The notes: generated from the sequence alone by a model not told the origin. A stretch of 64,000 bases of DNA from Nanobdellota archaeon (GCA_028867075.1 JAGWGZ010000001.1:26660-90659); one strand, 5' to 3'; counted from the stretch's first letter, positions 43,962 through 54,096 are shown. Numbers and translations: made by a program.

Positions 43962-44603
43962 TTATTCAATTTTTGAGAAAATGTCTCTATCAATCCGCTC
44001 TATCTGGTTTTTCATTGTCTGGAGTCTCTCCTGCCACGAGTTCAGCTCCTTGCTCTCCTCTTCCTTTGTCCTCTTGATCTCCTCAAGGAGTTTTTCAACG
44101 CCCGCAATTTGCTTCTTTATCTTATCGAATACTTCTATGTTTTCTTCAAACTTGTCCAGCCGCACGAATACCGGCTCTTCTTTCTGAATTCTTCCGGCAT
44201 ATATTTTTTTCGTTGATGGCTCAGAAGAGCTTATGCTTCTCGTCATTGGAGCCATAGAAGGTTCTTCTTCAGGCATTTCTTCTTCCTCATCAGAATTTAT
44301 TTCCCGCGTCATTGGTCCTGATGAAAACATCGGCATCGTCTGAACTTCTTCTTCAGAGTCATTTGTCTCATCACTCTCTTTTCCTCCAGATACGGCATCT
44401 TTTATTGTGTTTTGAGAAAATTTGTCTCCGAGAGAACTCGGCGGGATACGTGGAAGCGCATTAAGTTTTTGTTTCTGAACATTTGATGCAGGCATGTCCG
44501 GAAGCTTTGGCAAAGGCGGCAATTCAGGAAGTTCAGGCAACTCGGGAACAGATGATATATTCGCAGAAGAAGCCCCTTTTTTGTTCTTATTAAACAATCC
44601 CAT
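43962..44603 (-). CDS. hypothetical protein with Pro-rich N-terminus and C-terminal coiled coil
   Basis: MGLFNK, PELPELPELPPLPKLP, acidic linker, PVFVRLDKF then heptads. Confidence 0.78.
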   Translation of the reverse strand: MGLFNKNKKGASSANISSVPELPELPELPPLPKLPDMPASNVQKQKLNALPRIPPSSLGDKFSQNTIKDAVSGGKESDETNDSEEEVQTMPMFSSGPMTREINSDEEEEMPEEEPSMAPMTRSISSSEPSTKKIYAGRIQKEEPVFVRLDKFEENIEVFDKIKKQIAGVEKLLEEIKRTKEEESKELNSWQERLQTMKNQIERIDRDIFSKIE

Positions 44604-44705
44604 TTTATATTGTTGAATATATTAAACAGAATATATAGGTTTAAAAACTTTTCATTGTTTTATTGAAAACGCAAAATATTTATTTGCATTTAATGTCGGA
44701 AAACC

Positions 44706-45407
44706 ATGGATAAGAAACTGATAAAGGACGCATTTACAGAAGCAGCAGGGAAGCAGGCAGAGCTTCTTGTAGACATTCTCGATGACAAAAAGTATATGAA
44801 TGAATTCCTCATTGCAAAAAAACTTGATGTTCCGGTGAATCAGGCAAGGAATATTCTGTATAAGATCTCGGAGCATGGACTTGTGTCTTCTACAAGGAAA
44901 AAAGACAAGAAAAAAGGATGGTTCACTTACTCATGGAAGATTGAGGAAATGAGGTCCCTGGAATTTCTGAAAGAGGCAATTTCCCGGCGAATGGATCAGA
45001 TAAGAAACCAAATCCGAAGCAGAGAGACAAGAGAATTTTATGTGTGCGAAAGATGCCATGTTGAATTCAATGAAGAGAATGCATTGCTCCATGACTTTGT
45101 CTGCCCCGAGTGCGGGAATGTGCTCACGTTGAAGGATAACAGCAAACTTTTGAAAGAATTCAAAAAGAATCTTGAGGGCTTCGAAATTATGCTGAACACA
45201 ATTGACGGAGAGATAGGGAGGGAGCAAGCGATTGAATCAAAGAAAATAAAGATAAAAGAAGCTGTAATGAAGAGGGCTAAACTGAAAGAGAAAGCTGCTG
45301 CACGGGAAAAGGCCAGGAAGGCAGCAAAAAAACCGGCTTCTAAGAAACCCAAGAAACAGACAAAGGCACATAAAAAATCAAATAGTTCTAAAAAGAGAAA
45401 GAAGTAA
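44706..45407 (+). CDS. tfe: transcription factor E (TFE alpha)
   Basis: EF.IAKKL...NQ.RNILYK, RKKDKKKGWFTY.W, CERC..FVCPECG zinc ribbon. Confidence 0.9.
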   Translation: MDKKLIKDAFTEAAGKQAELLVDILDDKKYMNEFLIAKKLDVPVNQARNILYKISEHGLVSSTRKKDKKKGWFTYSWKIEEMRSLEFLKEAISRRMDQIRNQIRSRETREFYVCERCHVEFNEENALLHDFVCPECGNVLTLKDNSKLLKEFKKNLEGFEIMLNTIDGEIGREQAIESKKIKIKEAVMKRAKLKEKAAAREKARKAAKKPASKKPKKQTKAHKKSNSSKKRKK

Positions 45408-45408
45408 T

Positions 45409-46245
45409 ATGGATGGATACAGACTTGTAACCCGCAGAAGATTTCATCTGAGTGTAAACACAATTCTTATCCTGATAAATTTTGTACTCTTCATAATTCT
45501 TTCAGTACTTGTCTCAATAAACCCGAATTTTCTCAGTTATTTCTCACTCAACCCTTCGAATGTGCTGCAGGGGAAATACCTATGGACCTTCCTGACAAGT
45601 ATGTTCTCGCATGTTTACTTCTGGCACATCGCATTTAACATGATTTCGCTTTTCTTTGTTGGGGTTCTTGCGGAGAGGATTATCGGGCCGAAGAGATATC
45701 TTCTGTTTTATCTTGCCGCCGGGCTGTTTGCAGGTCTTGTTTTTGTATTGCTTGCGGGATTCCTTGGAACAAATCCTCTTGGAGCGAAACTCTTTGGAAG
45801 CCCCGACACTGCAGGAATAGGAGCTTCAGGGGCCATATTTGGAATTGTCGGATTGCTTGCAGTCCTGACTCCCAAAAACAGAATTTACTTGGTTGCAGGC
45901 CCGTTGATTGCGATAATTGCTGAATCTGTCCTGTCTAACTTTGCCTCAGCACCGATAATGAGCGCTGTCGATTTGGTTGTCACGGTTTATGTTTTCTTTT
46001 CCCTTTTTGCAATGTTCTCTTTCAACAGCTTTATGAGAAAGATAATTGTCCCGATTAATCTTCCATTCTGGATGCTGCCGATAATAGCCATTGTCCCGCT
46101 GGTTGTAATTGGATTATTTGTACCGCTGCCCATAGGAAATTCAGCGCACCTTGGCGGGCTTTTGATCGGACTCGCATACGGATTTTACTTAAAGCATAAA
46201 TTTCCGAGGAAGACAGAAATGATTTCGCGGGCTTTTTCAAGATAA
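45409..46245 (+). CDS. rhomboid family intramembrane serine protease
   Basis: WT.LTSMFSH...HI.FNM, GASGA catalytic Ser, AHLGG catalytic His. Confidence 0.93.
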   Translation: MDGYRLVTRRRFHLSVNTILILINFVLFIILSVLVSINPNFLSYFSLNPSNVLQGKYLWTFLTSMFSHVYFWHIAFNMISLFFVGVLAERIIGPKRYLLFYLAAGLFAGLVFVLLAGFLGTNPLGAKLFGSPDTAGIGASGAIFGIVGLLAVLTPKNRIYLVAGPLIAIIAESVLSNFASAPIMSAVDLVVTVYVFFSLFAMFSFNSFMRKIIVPINLPFWMLPIIAIVPLVVIGLFVPLPIGNSAHLGGLLIGLAYGFYLKHKFPRKTEMISRAFSR

Positions 46246-46835
46246 TGGCAAGGAAGAAAGAATTTTCAGTAAAGGAACAATACCTGAAGAGCTGGAAATA
46301 TATCAAAGAATCAAGGGGTTTTATCTTTGCGGCAATCGCGTTGTTTTTTGTGTTTGCACTTGCCGGGTTTTTTCTTCCATCGCCGAATTATATCTCACAG
46401 GAAATTGAAGGATACATCTCGCAACTTATCTCACAGACGTCAGGAATGTCCGGGCCGCAATTAGTCTCATTCATCCTCCTTAATAACATAAAAAGCAGCT
46501 TTTTTGGATTGGCGCTGGGAATTTTTTTGGGTATATTTCCGGCAATTCTGGCAATCTTCAACGGATATCTTCTGGGATTTGTTGCGGTTGACAGCGTGAA
46601 GTCAAACGGCGCACTTATCTTACTCCGGCTTTTGCCGCACGGAATTTTTGAATTGCCTGCCGTCTTTGTTTCTCTTGGCATGGGGATGAAACTCGGGGTG
46701 ATGATGTTCTCAAGAAAGAAGGAGCATGCAGGAAAAAACGTGATTAATGCATTAAGAGTTTTTGTTTTTGTAGTAATCCCACTTCTTATAATCGCTGCCA
46801 TCATAGAAGGCAGCCTGATAGTTCTTATAAAATGA
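46245..46835 (+). CDS. SpoIIM-like membrane protein
   Basis: ILLNN, NG.LLG, LLPHGIFELPA, AAIIEG. Confidence 0.88.
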   Translation: MARKKEFSVKEQYLKSWKYIKESRGFIFAAIALFFVFALAGFFLPSPNYISQEIEGYISQLISQTSGMSGPQLVSFILLNNIKSSFFGLALGIFLGIFPAILAIFNGYLLGFVAVDSVKSNGALILLRLLPHGIFELPAVFVSLGMGMKLGVMMFSRKKEHAGKNVINALRVFVFVVIPLLIIAAIIEGSLIVLIK

Positions 46836-47186
46836 TTAGTCTCTTATCATGACTTTGGAGATTGATTTCTCCGCTCCGAAGAAACTCTTTGAAAACTCTT
46901 CCGCTTTCTTTTCATCAAAGTCTTTGCATGAGAAAATATCTATGAATGCCCGGTTCTTTATCTTGTCGTCGAAATGCATTGTTATTGATGAAGTTTCAAT
47001 AAACTGAAATGCGGACACTCCTTCAAGAGAGCCTGAACCAAGTTTCTTTATTATCGGCTTTCCGAATCTTTTCATATCTATAACCTTGCAGACCTCAAGG
47101 ATGTATTTTTTTATGTATCTTTTATCCTGTATCAGATTATGATCACAATTATACAGATTTATAGAAGCTAATTTTCCCCAAAACAT
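46836..47186 (-). CDS. speD: S-adenosylmethionine decarboxylase proenzyme family
   Basis: G.SAFQFIETSSITMHF self-cleavage region, FIDIFSCK.FD. Confidence 0.85.
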   Translation of the reverse strand: MFWGKLASINLYNCDHNLIQDKRYIKKYILEVCKVIDMKRFGKPIIKKLGSGSLEGVSAFQFIETSSITMHFDDKIKNRAFIDIFSCKDFDEKKAEEFSKSFFGAEKSISKVMIRD

Positions 47187-47237
47187 TATGAAATGTTGAG
47201 TAAATATCTTTTTAAATCTATTCCATCATTTAGGGAT

Positions 47238-48167
47238 ATGAAGAAAGTGGAACCGGTGAGAATTTGGGAAGACATGAAGGTTTCTGAACTAGTCGATAGC
47301 ATGGGAGATGCCGGTTTTGGCGCAGGGAAGATAAACCGGGCCGCACAGATAATGGGAAAAATGTTTTCAGATGAAAAATGCAAGGTTTTTGTGGGATTGG
47401 CGGGAGCAATGGTCCCTGCAGGAATGAAACAAATCATTCTGGACCTGCTTGATGATACAGATGTCCTTGTAACAACAGGGGCTACACTCACGCATGACCT
47501 TATAGAAGCGCTCGGAGACGAGCACTATCTGCTTGAAGACTCCGATGGAGATTTTGACGATGGTTCATTGAACCGAAAGGGCTTTGACAGGATGTACAAT
47601 GTTGTGATGAGGAACAGAGTTTACGAGAATCTTGAAAGATTTTTTGTTGTAAACTGGGAGAAGTTCAAAGAATGTAAGACTATAAAAGACATTGTCTGGA
47701 AAATCGGCGAGCTATGCCCAGGAACTTCTGAAGACTGCATACTGAAAAAATGCTATAAGAAAAAAATCCCGCTTTTCTGCCCTGCACTTGCTGATTCCGG
47801 AATTGGGTTGATGATATGGGGAAGGAAAGCATCCGGAAAAGAAATCTTTATCGATGCATTTGAAGACATGAAAGAAATAATTGACATATCCTGGACCGCA
47901 AGGAAAACCGGAGTGATCTATGTCGGAGGCGGAGTTCCAAAGAATTTTATTCAGCAATCATTGCAGTTTTCAAAAGGCGCTGATTATGGAATCCAAATCA
48001 CTGCTGATTCACCAGAGCCGGGCGGGAGCAGCGGAGCGCCGCTGAAAGAAGGAATTTCATGGGGAAAACTCAAGAAGAATGCAGACTTCGCCGACGTGAG
48101 ATGCGACGCAACGATTGCACTTCCTCTCATTTTAGGGGCTGTCAGAGGGAAAAGCAAAAAGCCTTAA
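47238..48167 (+). CDS. dys: deoxyhypusine synthase family protein
   Basis: VTTGA.L.HD.IE, FCPALADS, GGGVPKNF, GG.SGA...EGISWGK with active Lys, DATIALP. Confidence 0.92.
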   Translation: MKKVEPVRIWEDMKVSELVDSMGDAGFGAGKINRAAQIMGKMFSDEKCKVFVGLAGAMVPAGMKQIILDLLDDTDVLVTTGATLTHDLIEALGDEHYLLEDSDGDFDDGSLNRKGFDRMYNVVMRNRVYENLERFFVVNWEKFKECKTIKDIVWKIGELCPGTSEDCILKKCYKKKIPLFCPALADSGIGLMIWGRKASGKEIFIDAFEDMKEIIDISWTARKTGVIYVGGGVPKNFIQQSLQFSKGADYGIQITADSPEPGGSSGAPLKEGISWGKLKKNADFADVRCDATIALPLILGAVRGKSKKP

Positions 48168-48188
48168 ATCAAGTCTCCCTGTAATACC

Positions 48189-49229
48189 ATGCTCACAAAG
48201 AAACAGGTCAATGAAATAAAAGAGATACTCCAAAATTCAAGCAACCCTCTTTTTCTTTTTGATAACGATCCTGATGGACTATGCAGCTTTCTGCTTCTCC
48301 AGAGATATGCCGGACGCGGAAAGGGAGTCCCGATAAAATCTTTTCCCGCCCTTGATGAAGTCTACTTCAGAAAAATAGAAGAGCTGGAACCCGATTGTCT
48401 CTTTATCCTGGACAAGCCCGTTGTTTCAAAAGATTTCTTTGACAGGGTGAGGCAGGTGAATCTTCCTATTGTCTGGATAGACCATCATGAAATAAATAAA
48501 AAAGATATTCCAAGATTTGTAAAGTATTACAATCCCCTGTTCAACAGGAAAAAGTCAGAAGAACCAGTCACCGCCCTTTGCTATCAGGTAAATAACAGCA
48601 GAGACCTAATGTGGCTCGCAGTCGCAGGATGCGTGTCAGACAGTTTCCTTCCAGACTTTTACCATGATTTCAGAAAGAATTATCCCGACCTTTCAGTTGA
48701 AGCAAACGAAGCATTTGATGTCTTTTACAGATCTCAGATTGGAAAGATAGCGAGGATGTTCAGTTTCGGGCTTAAAGATACAATGACGAATGTGGTGAAT
48801 ATGATCCGTTTTCTGGTTAAAGCGAGCACTCCTTATGAGGTTCTGGAAGATTCCTCAAAAAACCACACGATGCATCGCAAATTTGAGCAGATAGAGGGCA
48901 AGTATCAAAAACTTCTGAAAAAGGCGGAGAGACTGGGGGGAAAATCAGGCAAGATCATGTTCTTTGAATACGGCGGAGAGCTGAGCATTAGCTCTGATTT
49001 GGCAAATGAACTTTGTTACAGGTTTCCGAATAAAACAGTGGTGGTGATTTATCTTTCTGGAGTAAAGGCAAATATCTCTGTAAGAGGCGATAATATAAGG
49101 GAGAAATTAGTTGGGGCATTAAATGGTTTGCAGGATTCTTCCGGGGGCGGTCACAAGAATGCTGCAGGTGGACGCGTGAACATAGAAGATCTGAAAGTTT
49201 TCAAGGAAAGATTTCAAAAATTATTTTAG
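48189..49229 (+). CDS. DHH/DHHA1 family phosphoesterase
   Basis: DNDPDG, WIDHH, C-terminal GGGHKNAAG. Confidence 0.88.
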   Translation: MLTKKQVNEIKEILQNSSNPLFLFDNDPDGLCSFLLLQRYAGRGKGVPIKSFPALDEVYFRKIEELEPDCLFILDKPVVSKDFFDRVRQVNLPIVWIDHHEINKKDIPRFVKYYNPLFNRKKSEEPVTALCYQVNNSRDLMWLAVAGCVSDSFLPDFYHDFRKNYPDLSVEANEAFDVFYRSQIGKIARMFSFGLKDTMTNVVNMIRFLVKASTPYEVLEDSSKNHTMHRKFEQIEGKYQKLLKKAERLGGKSGKIMFFEYGGELSISSDLANELCYRFPNKTVVVIYLSGVKANISVRGDNIREKLVGALNGLQDSSGGGHKNAAGGRVNIEDLKVFKERFQKLF

Positions 49230-49559
49230 GTTATGCAGAAGATGAATTAATCCGGATGCCGCGATCCCTGCTCCTGTAATTATGGCAGCATTGTATAAAG
49301 TTAGCAGGACATCTGTCGCAAATCCCCTTATCCTATATTCAGTTATTTTTTCATCTGTTCTTTTTGCAATATACATCGCTTCTGCAATCTTACATTTGTC
49401 CAAGAAATCTCCGATTTCGTATTCATCTAAAAGGGTATGAATCTCATCTCCGGAACTTGCCAGCATCTGATTTAATGCTTTGAGATTTCTATGATGATGC
49501 TGTATCACTCCTCCTATCGGGCTTAAGTCTGAAAATGCTATCTCATATCCGTCTGCCAT
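49221..49559 (-). CDS. hypothetical protein with C-terminal TM helix
   Basis: 112-aa ORF with upstream TTTAAAAA; hydrophobic C-terminus. Confidence 0.6.
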   Translation of the reverse strand: MADGYEIAFSDLSPIGGVIQHHHRNLKALNQMLASSGDEIHTLLDEYEIGDFLDKCKIAEAMYIAKRTDEKITEYRIRGFATDVLLTLYNAAIITGAGIAASGLIHLLHNLK

Positions 49560-49647
49560 TTTTCTGGTGGCAATTTATTGTTTTTAAATTTAGTGGTATT
49601 GCATTTACCAAAGAAATCTTTAAAAATCCAGTCTTCTTGTTTAAGAT

Positions 49648-49923
49648 ATGAATAAACCGGATTGGATGTGCGCGAAATTTAATTGCGTGCTTTCTATTCT
49701 AGTTTATACTACAATTAAAAACTCAATTTAATCTGGCTCTCTGGGTTTGGGTTGGATTGAGATGATTCTTATTTAATTCAAGCTCAGGTTCCACGGATTG
49801 GAGTTAAGGTGGAAAAAAACGAAATGGAAAAAGAAGCAGTTGAAAGGGAATTGAGTGTGTTGCTTGAGATGACCTTCAAGCTGGAAGATGAAGTTAATTC
49901 TTTTTCAAACGCGGAAGATTAAC
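49648..49923 (+). pseudogene. possible degraded gene
   Basis: ATG after TTTAAAAA gives a 27-aa ORF; a protein-like frame DDSYLIQAQ...EKEAVERELSVLLE...* follows without a start. Confidence 0.3.
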
Positions 49924-49957
49924 CAGAATCAAGCATAGCAAGCTGTTCTTCTAGATA

Positions 49958-51418
49958 TTAGTAGCTCTTTCCAACGTAAACAATTTTATTCGCTTTTCTT
50001 TTGCAGATTATGCATTTTTCATTTGCCCCTGGCTTTTCATTTTTATCTGCCAAAGTTCCCCTGACAGAGGCCCCTATATCTTTTTCTATAATCTCAGCAC
50101 ATTTAATGCCATCATTTTCAGTTGAGCAGAAGCTGATTCTTCCTATCTTCTTTTCTCTTATAGCTTTTTTCAGTTCATCTTTTGTCCTGCAATTTTCTAT
50201 CTTTCCTTTCATAAATGCATCTGCCTTACTTATTAGACGCGCATCATATTCCTCACCTTTCTTTTTCAGTTCGTTCAATTTTGAGAAAGAAACATATTCT
50301 TTTTTTCTGTTATCCCGTGTAAAAATGGATGCTTTTTTTTCTTTCAGTTCTTTTTCCCCTATCTCTATCCTGAACGGCACGCCTTTCAGTTCCCATTCAT
50401 AAAACTTTTCGCCCGGGCGCTTCTCTTCCCGTGAATCAAGCTCAATTCTTAGTCCCTGCTCTTCCAGCATTTCTTTTATTTTTTGCGCTTCTTTGATAAT
50501 CTGACTTTTGTTTTCATTTGTGAATATCGGAATTATCACCGCCTGTATTGGAGAAATGCAGAATGGCATTACCAGTCCTGAATCATCACCGTGTATTGAA
50601 ATTACAGATGCGAGGATCCTTGAAATTGCCGGCCCGTAGCAGGTTTGCCAGACATATTGCTCCTTCCCGTTTTCGTCCCTGAATTTTATGTCAAATGACT
50701 TTGAGAAATTCTGTCCAAGGAGATGGGTTGAGGGCTGCTGGAGAATCTTTCCGTCAGGCATCAGGGTATCAGAGGCGACAGTATACTCTGCTCCTGCAAA
50801 TTTGTCCCATGACGGCCTTTTCATGGGGAGGAAAGGAATCCCGAACCTTTGATGCATTATTTCTTCTGTTGTTTTTATGTCATCCAGAACCTGCCTTTCC
50901 GCTTCTGCTTTTGTCTCGAAGCAATCGTGCGTTTCAATCCAGTAGAACTCGCGCGTTCTTATCAGCGGGCGCGTTGCCTTTGTCTCATAACGAAAAACAT
51001 TTGCCCTTTGATATAATTTTAGAGGCAAGTCTCTCCACGAGCGAATCCAGATTGAATACATCTGGTACATCGCTGTTTCTGAAGTCGGGCGCAGAGCAAG
51101 CTTTTCCTCTCCCTGGACCTTTTCAAGCCAGAAAACTTCAGGAGTGAAGCCTTTGATATGTTCTGCCTCTTTTTTGAAATTTCCCTCGGGAATCACGATA
51201 GGGAAAAACGTGGGCTTGTGCCCTTTTTTTTGGAGAGCTTTTTCATATAAGTCATACATGTTTTCCATTGACATTGCTCCCCACGGTCTTATAACCATGA
51301 AGCCCTTGACCCGGTATCTTATGTCTGTTATTTCTGCTTTTTCAAGAACCTCTGTATACCACTCTGAGAAATCTTCTTTTTTCACGCTCAAACCTTCATG
51401 GGATTTTTGGCCCTTCAT
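49958..51418 (-). CDS. proS: proline--tRNA ligase (archaeal/eukaryotic type)
   Basis: FSEWY, LALRPTSET, SWRDLPLKL.Q, FRYETKATRP.IR.REF, H.LGQNF, WELKGVP.RIEIG, ends KSY. Confidence 0.96.
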   Translation of the reverse strand: MKGQKSHEGLSVKKEDFSEWYTEVLEKAEITDIRYRVKGFMVIRPWGAMSMENMYDLYEKALQKKGHKPTFFPIVIPEGNFKKEAEHIKGFTPEVFWLEKVQGEEKLALRPTSETAMYQMYSIWIRSWRDLPLKLYQRANVFRYETKATRPLIRTREFYWIETHDCFETKAEAERQVLDDIKTTEEIMHQRFGIPFLPMKRPSWDKFAGAEYTVASDTLMPDGKILQQPSTHLLGQNFSKSFDIKFRDENGKEQYVWQTCYGPAISRILASVISIHGDDSGLVMPFCISPIQAVIIPIFTNENKSQIIKEAQKIKEMLEEQGLRIELDSREEKRPGEKFYEWELKGVPFRIEIGEKELKEKKASIFTRDNRKKEYVSFSKLNELKKKGEEYDARLISKADAFMKGKIENCRTKDELKKAIREKKIGRISFCSTENDGIKCAEIIEKDIGASVRGTLADKNEKPGANEKCIICKRKANKIVYVGKSY

Positions 51419-51419
51419 T

Positions 51420-52292
51420 TTAATAATTAATTAAGGTCTCATTTAAATATTGCTGTGAAATGTTGTTTATCGCCTGCTTGATATAATTTGATTCAAGGGC
51501 GAAGCCGAGATTTTCTCCTCCTGAGATTTTGAAATTGTTTATTCCTATGACCTGGCCCTGCTGGTTTATCAGAGGCCCGCCGGAGTTTCCGGGATTCAGG
51601 GAAGCGTCTGTCTGGAAATAATAATTTAACCCGTTTATTCCCTGCCTGTTGATTGCAGAAATTATCCCTTCTGAAACAGAGAACTGCAGTCCAAGAGGAT
51701 TTCCTATTGCAATGACTTTGTCTCCAACCTGCACGCTGCCTGAGTTTCCCAAATTAAGGGGAGTGTATGTGCCCGGAATTTTCAACAAGGCTATGTCAAG
51801 ATTTCCGTTGTATCCTATGAATTGTGCATTTATTGTGTTCTGGTTTTCCGTTATTACCTGAATATTTGATGCCAGATAACCGCTTGAGTCTGCAAGGACA
51901 TGCGCATTTGTCACAATGTAACCCCGCGAGTCAATTATGAATCCTGTTCCCTGTGCTGCAGATGTCCTCACGGTCACGACGGACTGGAGAGATGATTGTA
52001 TTATTCCTGAGAAGTCCCCGCTTGAACTTGCTTTTAACAGATTGATTTGGCTCTGAAAGTTTTGCTGGCTGCTTTTAGTCAGGTTTTGCAGCTGCAGGAG
52101 GCTTGATGAAAGAGAATTAATCTGCGATTGCGTTGTTGTCTGCAATTCAGACAGTTTGTCATTTATGATATTGTAATGCTGGATTTCCTGAACGTATAAA
52201 GAGTACATTATAACCCCCAGGATAATAATCAAAGAGATAACAAAAAGGCTGAAGCTCCCGATAAGAATCTTATGATGCCTCTTTAATGCCAT
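51420..52292 (-). CDS. membrane-anchored trypsin-like (HtrA-type) serine protease without PDZ
   Basis: N-terminal TM plus coiled coil; TNAHV, DIALL, NPGNSGGP catalytic triad. Confidence 0.9.
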   Translation of the reverse strand: MALKRHHKILIGSFSLFVISLIIILGVIMYSLYVQEIQHYNIINDKLSELQTTTQSQINSLSSSLLQLQNLTKSSQQNFQSQINLLKASSSGDFSGIIQSSLQSVVTVRTSAAQGTGFIIDSRGYIVTNAHVLADSSGYLASNIQVITENQNTINAQFIGYNGNLDIALLKIPGTYTPLNLGNSGSVQVGDKVIAIGNPLGLQFSVSEGIISAINRQGINGLNYYFQTDASLNPGNSGGPLINQQGQVIGINNFKISGGENLGFALESNYIKQAINNISQQYLNETLINY

Positions 52293-52344
52293 ATCTAGAA
52301 AAGATTTTTATTGTTATTAAATATTCCCACTTTACCGGTGTATA

Positions 52345-52416
52345 TAGGCCCGGAGGGATTCGAACCCCCATTACCCGGTCCGAAGCCGGGGAGTCTATCC
52401 ATTGACCTACAGGCCC
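52345..52416 (-). tRNA. tRNA-Arg(TCG)
   Basis: CCCGG-CTTCGGA-CCGGG anticodon arm, GTTCGAATC, G1:U72. Confidence 0.92.
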
Positions 52417-52451
52417 AAAAAATCAAATAGAACTCACTTTTTATATTTAGC

Positions 52452-53819
52452 CTATCTCAGCCTCTTCTCCAAAATTTCCTTTGCAATCCTTGAATCAGCG
52501 CGCCCGCGCGATTCTTTCATGACCTGTCCGATTAAGAAATTTAATGCTGTTTGATTTCCTGCTTTGAAATCCTCAACAGCTTTTTTATTGGCTTTTATTA
52601 TTCTTTCTGCAAGAGATTCAATCTCTTTTTTGTCTGTTATCTTTTCTTTCCCCCGGAACTCCTTTGCGGGAGGGAATGAGCGGGGAATAAATTTGTTCAG
52701 GGTCTTCTTTGCCTGTTCTTCTGTTATTTTCCCTTTTTGCAGCAGCTCAAGAAGCTCAATGAAATGCTCTGGTTTTATATCAATCTCCGGCGAATCAAGT
52801 GAAGTTTTGTTATAATTCAAAACTCTAAGAAGTTCAATTGTAACCCACGGTACAGCCAGCTTCGGGTTTATTTTTGTTATGACCCTTTCAAAGAACTCCG
52901 CAACTTCAATCTTTTGCGAGAGAACCTCTGCGTATTTCTTTTCTATGCTGTATTTTTTTATTAATTTCTGCAACTTTTCTTGGGGCGTTTCAGGCAAGGA
53001 TTTTCTTATTTTTTCTATTCTTTGAGCCTCAAGGATAATAGCAGGCAGGTCCGGGTCTGAGATGAATCTGTAGTCCTGTTCTGTTTCTTTCTCACGCATC
53101 TTTTTTGTTATTCCTTTTGCCTCATCAAACATTCTCGTTTCTTTGCTCTTCGGAACTCCCTCTTTCTTTTGCCTTGCTTCTTCATATCCTATCGCTGCCT
53201 TTATGTTTTTCAAGCTATTGACATTTTTTATTTCAACTCTCTCGCCTTTCATTTCCGGAAGAGAAACATTGACGTCTGCTTTCAATCCGAGGTTCCTGTC
53301 CAGGGATTTTATGTAACCTAGGGTTATTATTAATTGTTTCAGCCAGTTGTAAACTTGTTCAGAAGAAACGAAATCCGGCTCTGTGACAATTTCTATTAAA
53401 GGAGAACCGGATTTGTTGTAATCTATTTCTCCTGTCTTTGGATTCCAGGCAGCGGGGTCTTCTTCAAGGTGAACTTCTTTTATCCTTATTCCTAAAAATT
53501 TTCCGTTTATTCCAACCGGAAAAGCATGCGTCCCTGAAATTGTATTCTGATATCCTTTTGGCAGGTCAGGCCAGTCATAATGTTTCCTCTGCCATATCAG
53601 TTCCTTATTTATTTTGCATTGCAGAATCAGAGCAGTCTGCACTGTTTTGTCCACAGCTGCCTTATTTGGAAGCATTGGTTTTGCCCCGGGCTGGCCCGCG
53701 CAAATCGGGCAGATGTTTGTGTTCGGTCTTGTAAGTTTAGCCCCATGGATTGATTTGCATGTGCAGAATAATTTTTCCCTGGTGTCAAGATAGCCATGGA
53801 TTTCAAGCCCTATTTTCAT
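52452..53819 (-). CDS. gatB: Asp/Glu-tRNA amidotransferase subunit B
   Basis: IGLEIH, KLFC, RKHYDWPDLPKGYQ, HLEED, PLIEIVTEPD, VEIKNVNS, DYRF..DPDL, FLIGQVMK. Confidence 0.95.
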   Translation of the reverse strand: MKIGLEIHGYLDTREKLFCTCKSIHGAKLTRPNTNICPICAGQPGAKPMLPNKAAVDKTVQTALILQCKINKELIWQRKHYDWPDLPKGYQNTISGTHAFPVGINGKFLGIRIKEVHLEEDPAAWNPKTGEIDYNKSGSPLIEIVTEPDFVSSEQVYNWLKQLIITLGYIKSLDRNLGLKADVNVSLPEMKGERVEIKNVNSLKNIKAAIGYEEARQKKEGVPKSKETRMFDEAKGITKKMREKETEQDYRFISDPDLPAIILEAQRIEKIRKSLPETPQEKLQKLIKKYSIEKKYAEVLSQKIEVAEFFERVITKINPKLAVPWVTIELLRVLNYNKTSLDSPEIDIKPEHFIELLELLQKGKITEEQAKKTLNKFIPRSFPPAKEFRGKEKITDKKEIESLAERIIKANKKAVEDFKAGNQTALNFLIGQVMKESRGRADSRIAKEILEKRLR

Positions 53820-53892
53820 AAATAAAATATCCAGAAGGAATTTATTAAGTTAATGCTGATAGATTTAAAAGATCCTTCGTACTAATATTGTC

Positions 53893-54096
53893 ATGGAAAG
53901 AAAGGTTAACTGGGTTGTTTGCCTTATCATGTCTATAATTTTTGGAGGATTAGGTGTTGACAGGTTCATCATGGGAAAAGTAGGAACAGGAATTCTTAAG
54001 TTGATTACTCTCGGTGGATTGGGGATCTGGTGGTTAGTCGACCTGATATTGATTGCAACAAAGCATGAGTTCAAAGACGTTCAATGGATAGACTGA
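53893..54096 (+). CDS. TM2 domain protein
   Basis: GGLGVDRF.MG..G.GILKLITLGGLGIW..VDLI. Confidence 0.92.
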   Translation: MERKVNWVVCLIMSIIFGGLGVDRFIMGKVGTGILKLITLGGLGIWWLVDLILIATKHEFKDVQWID

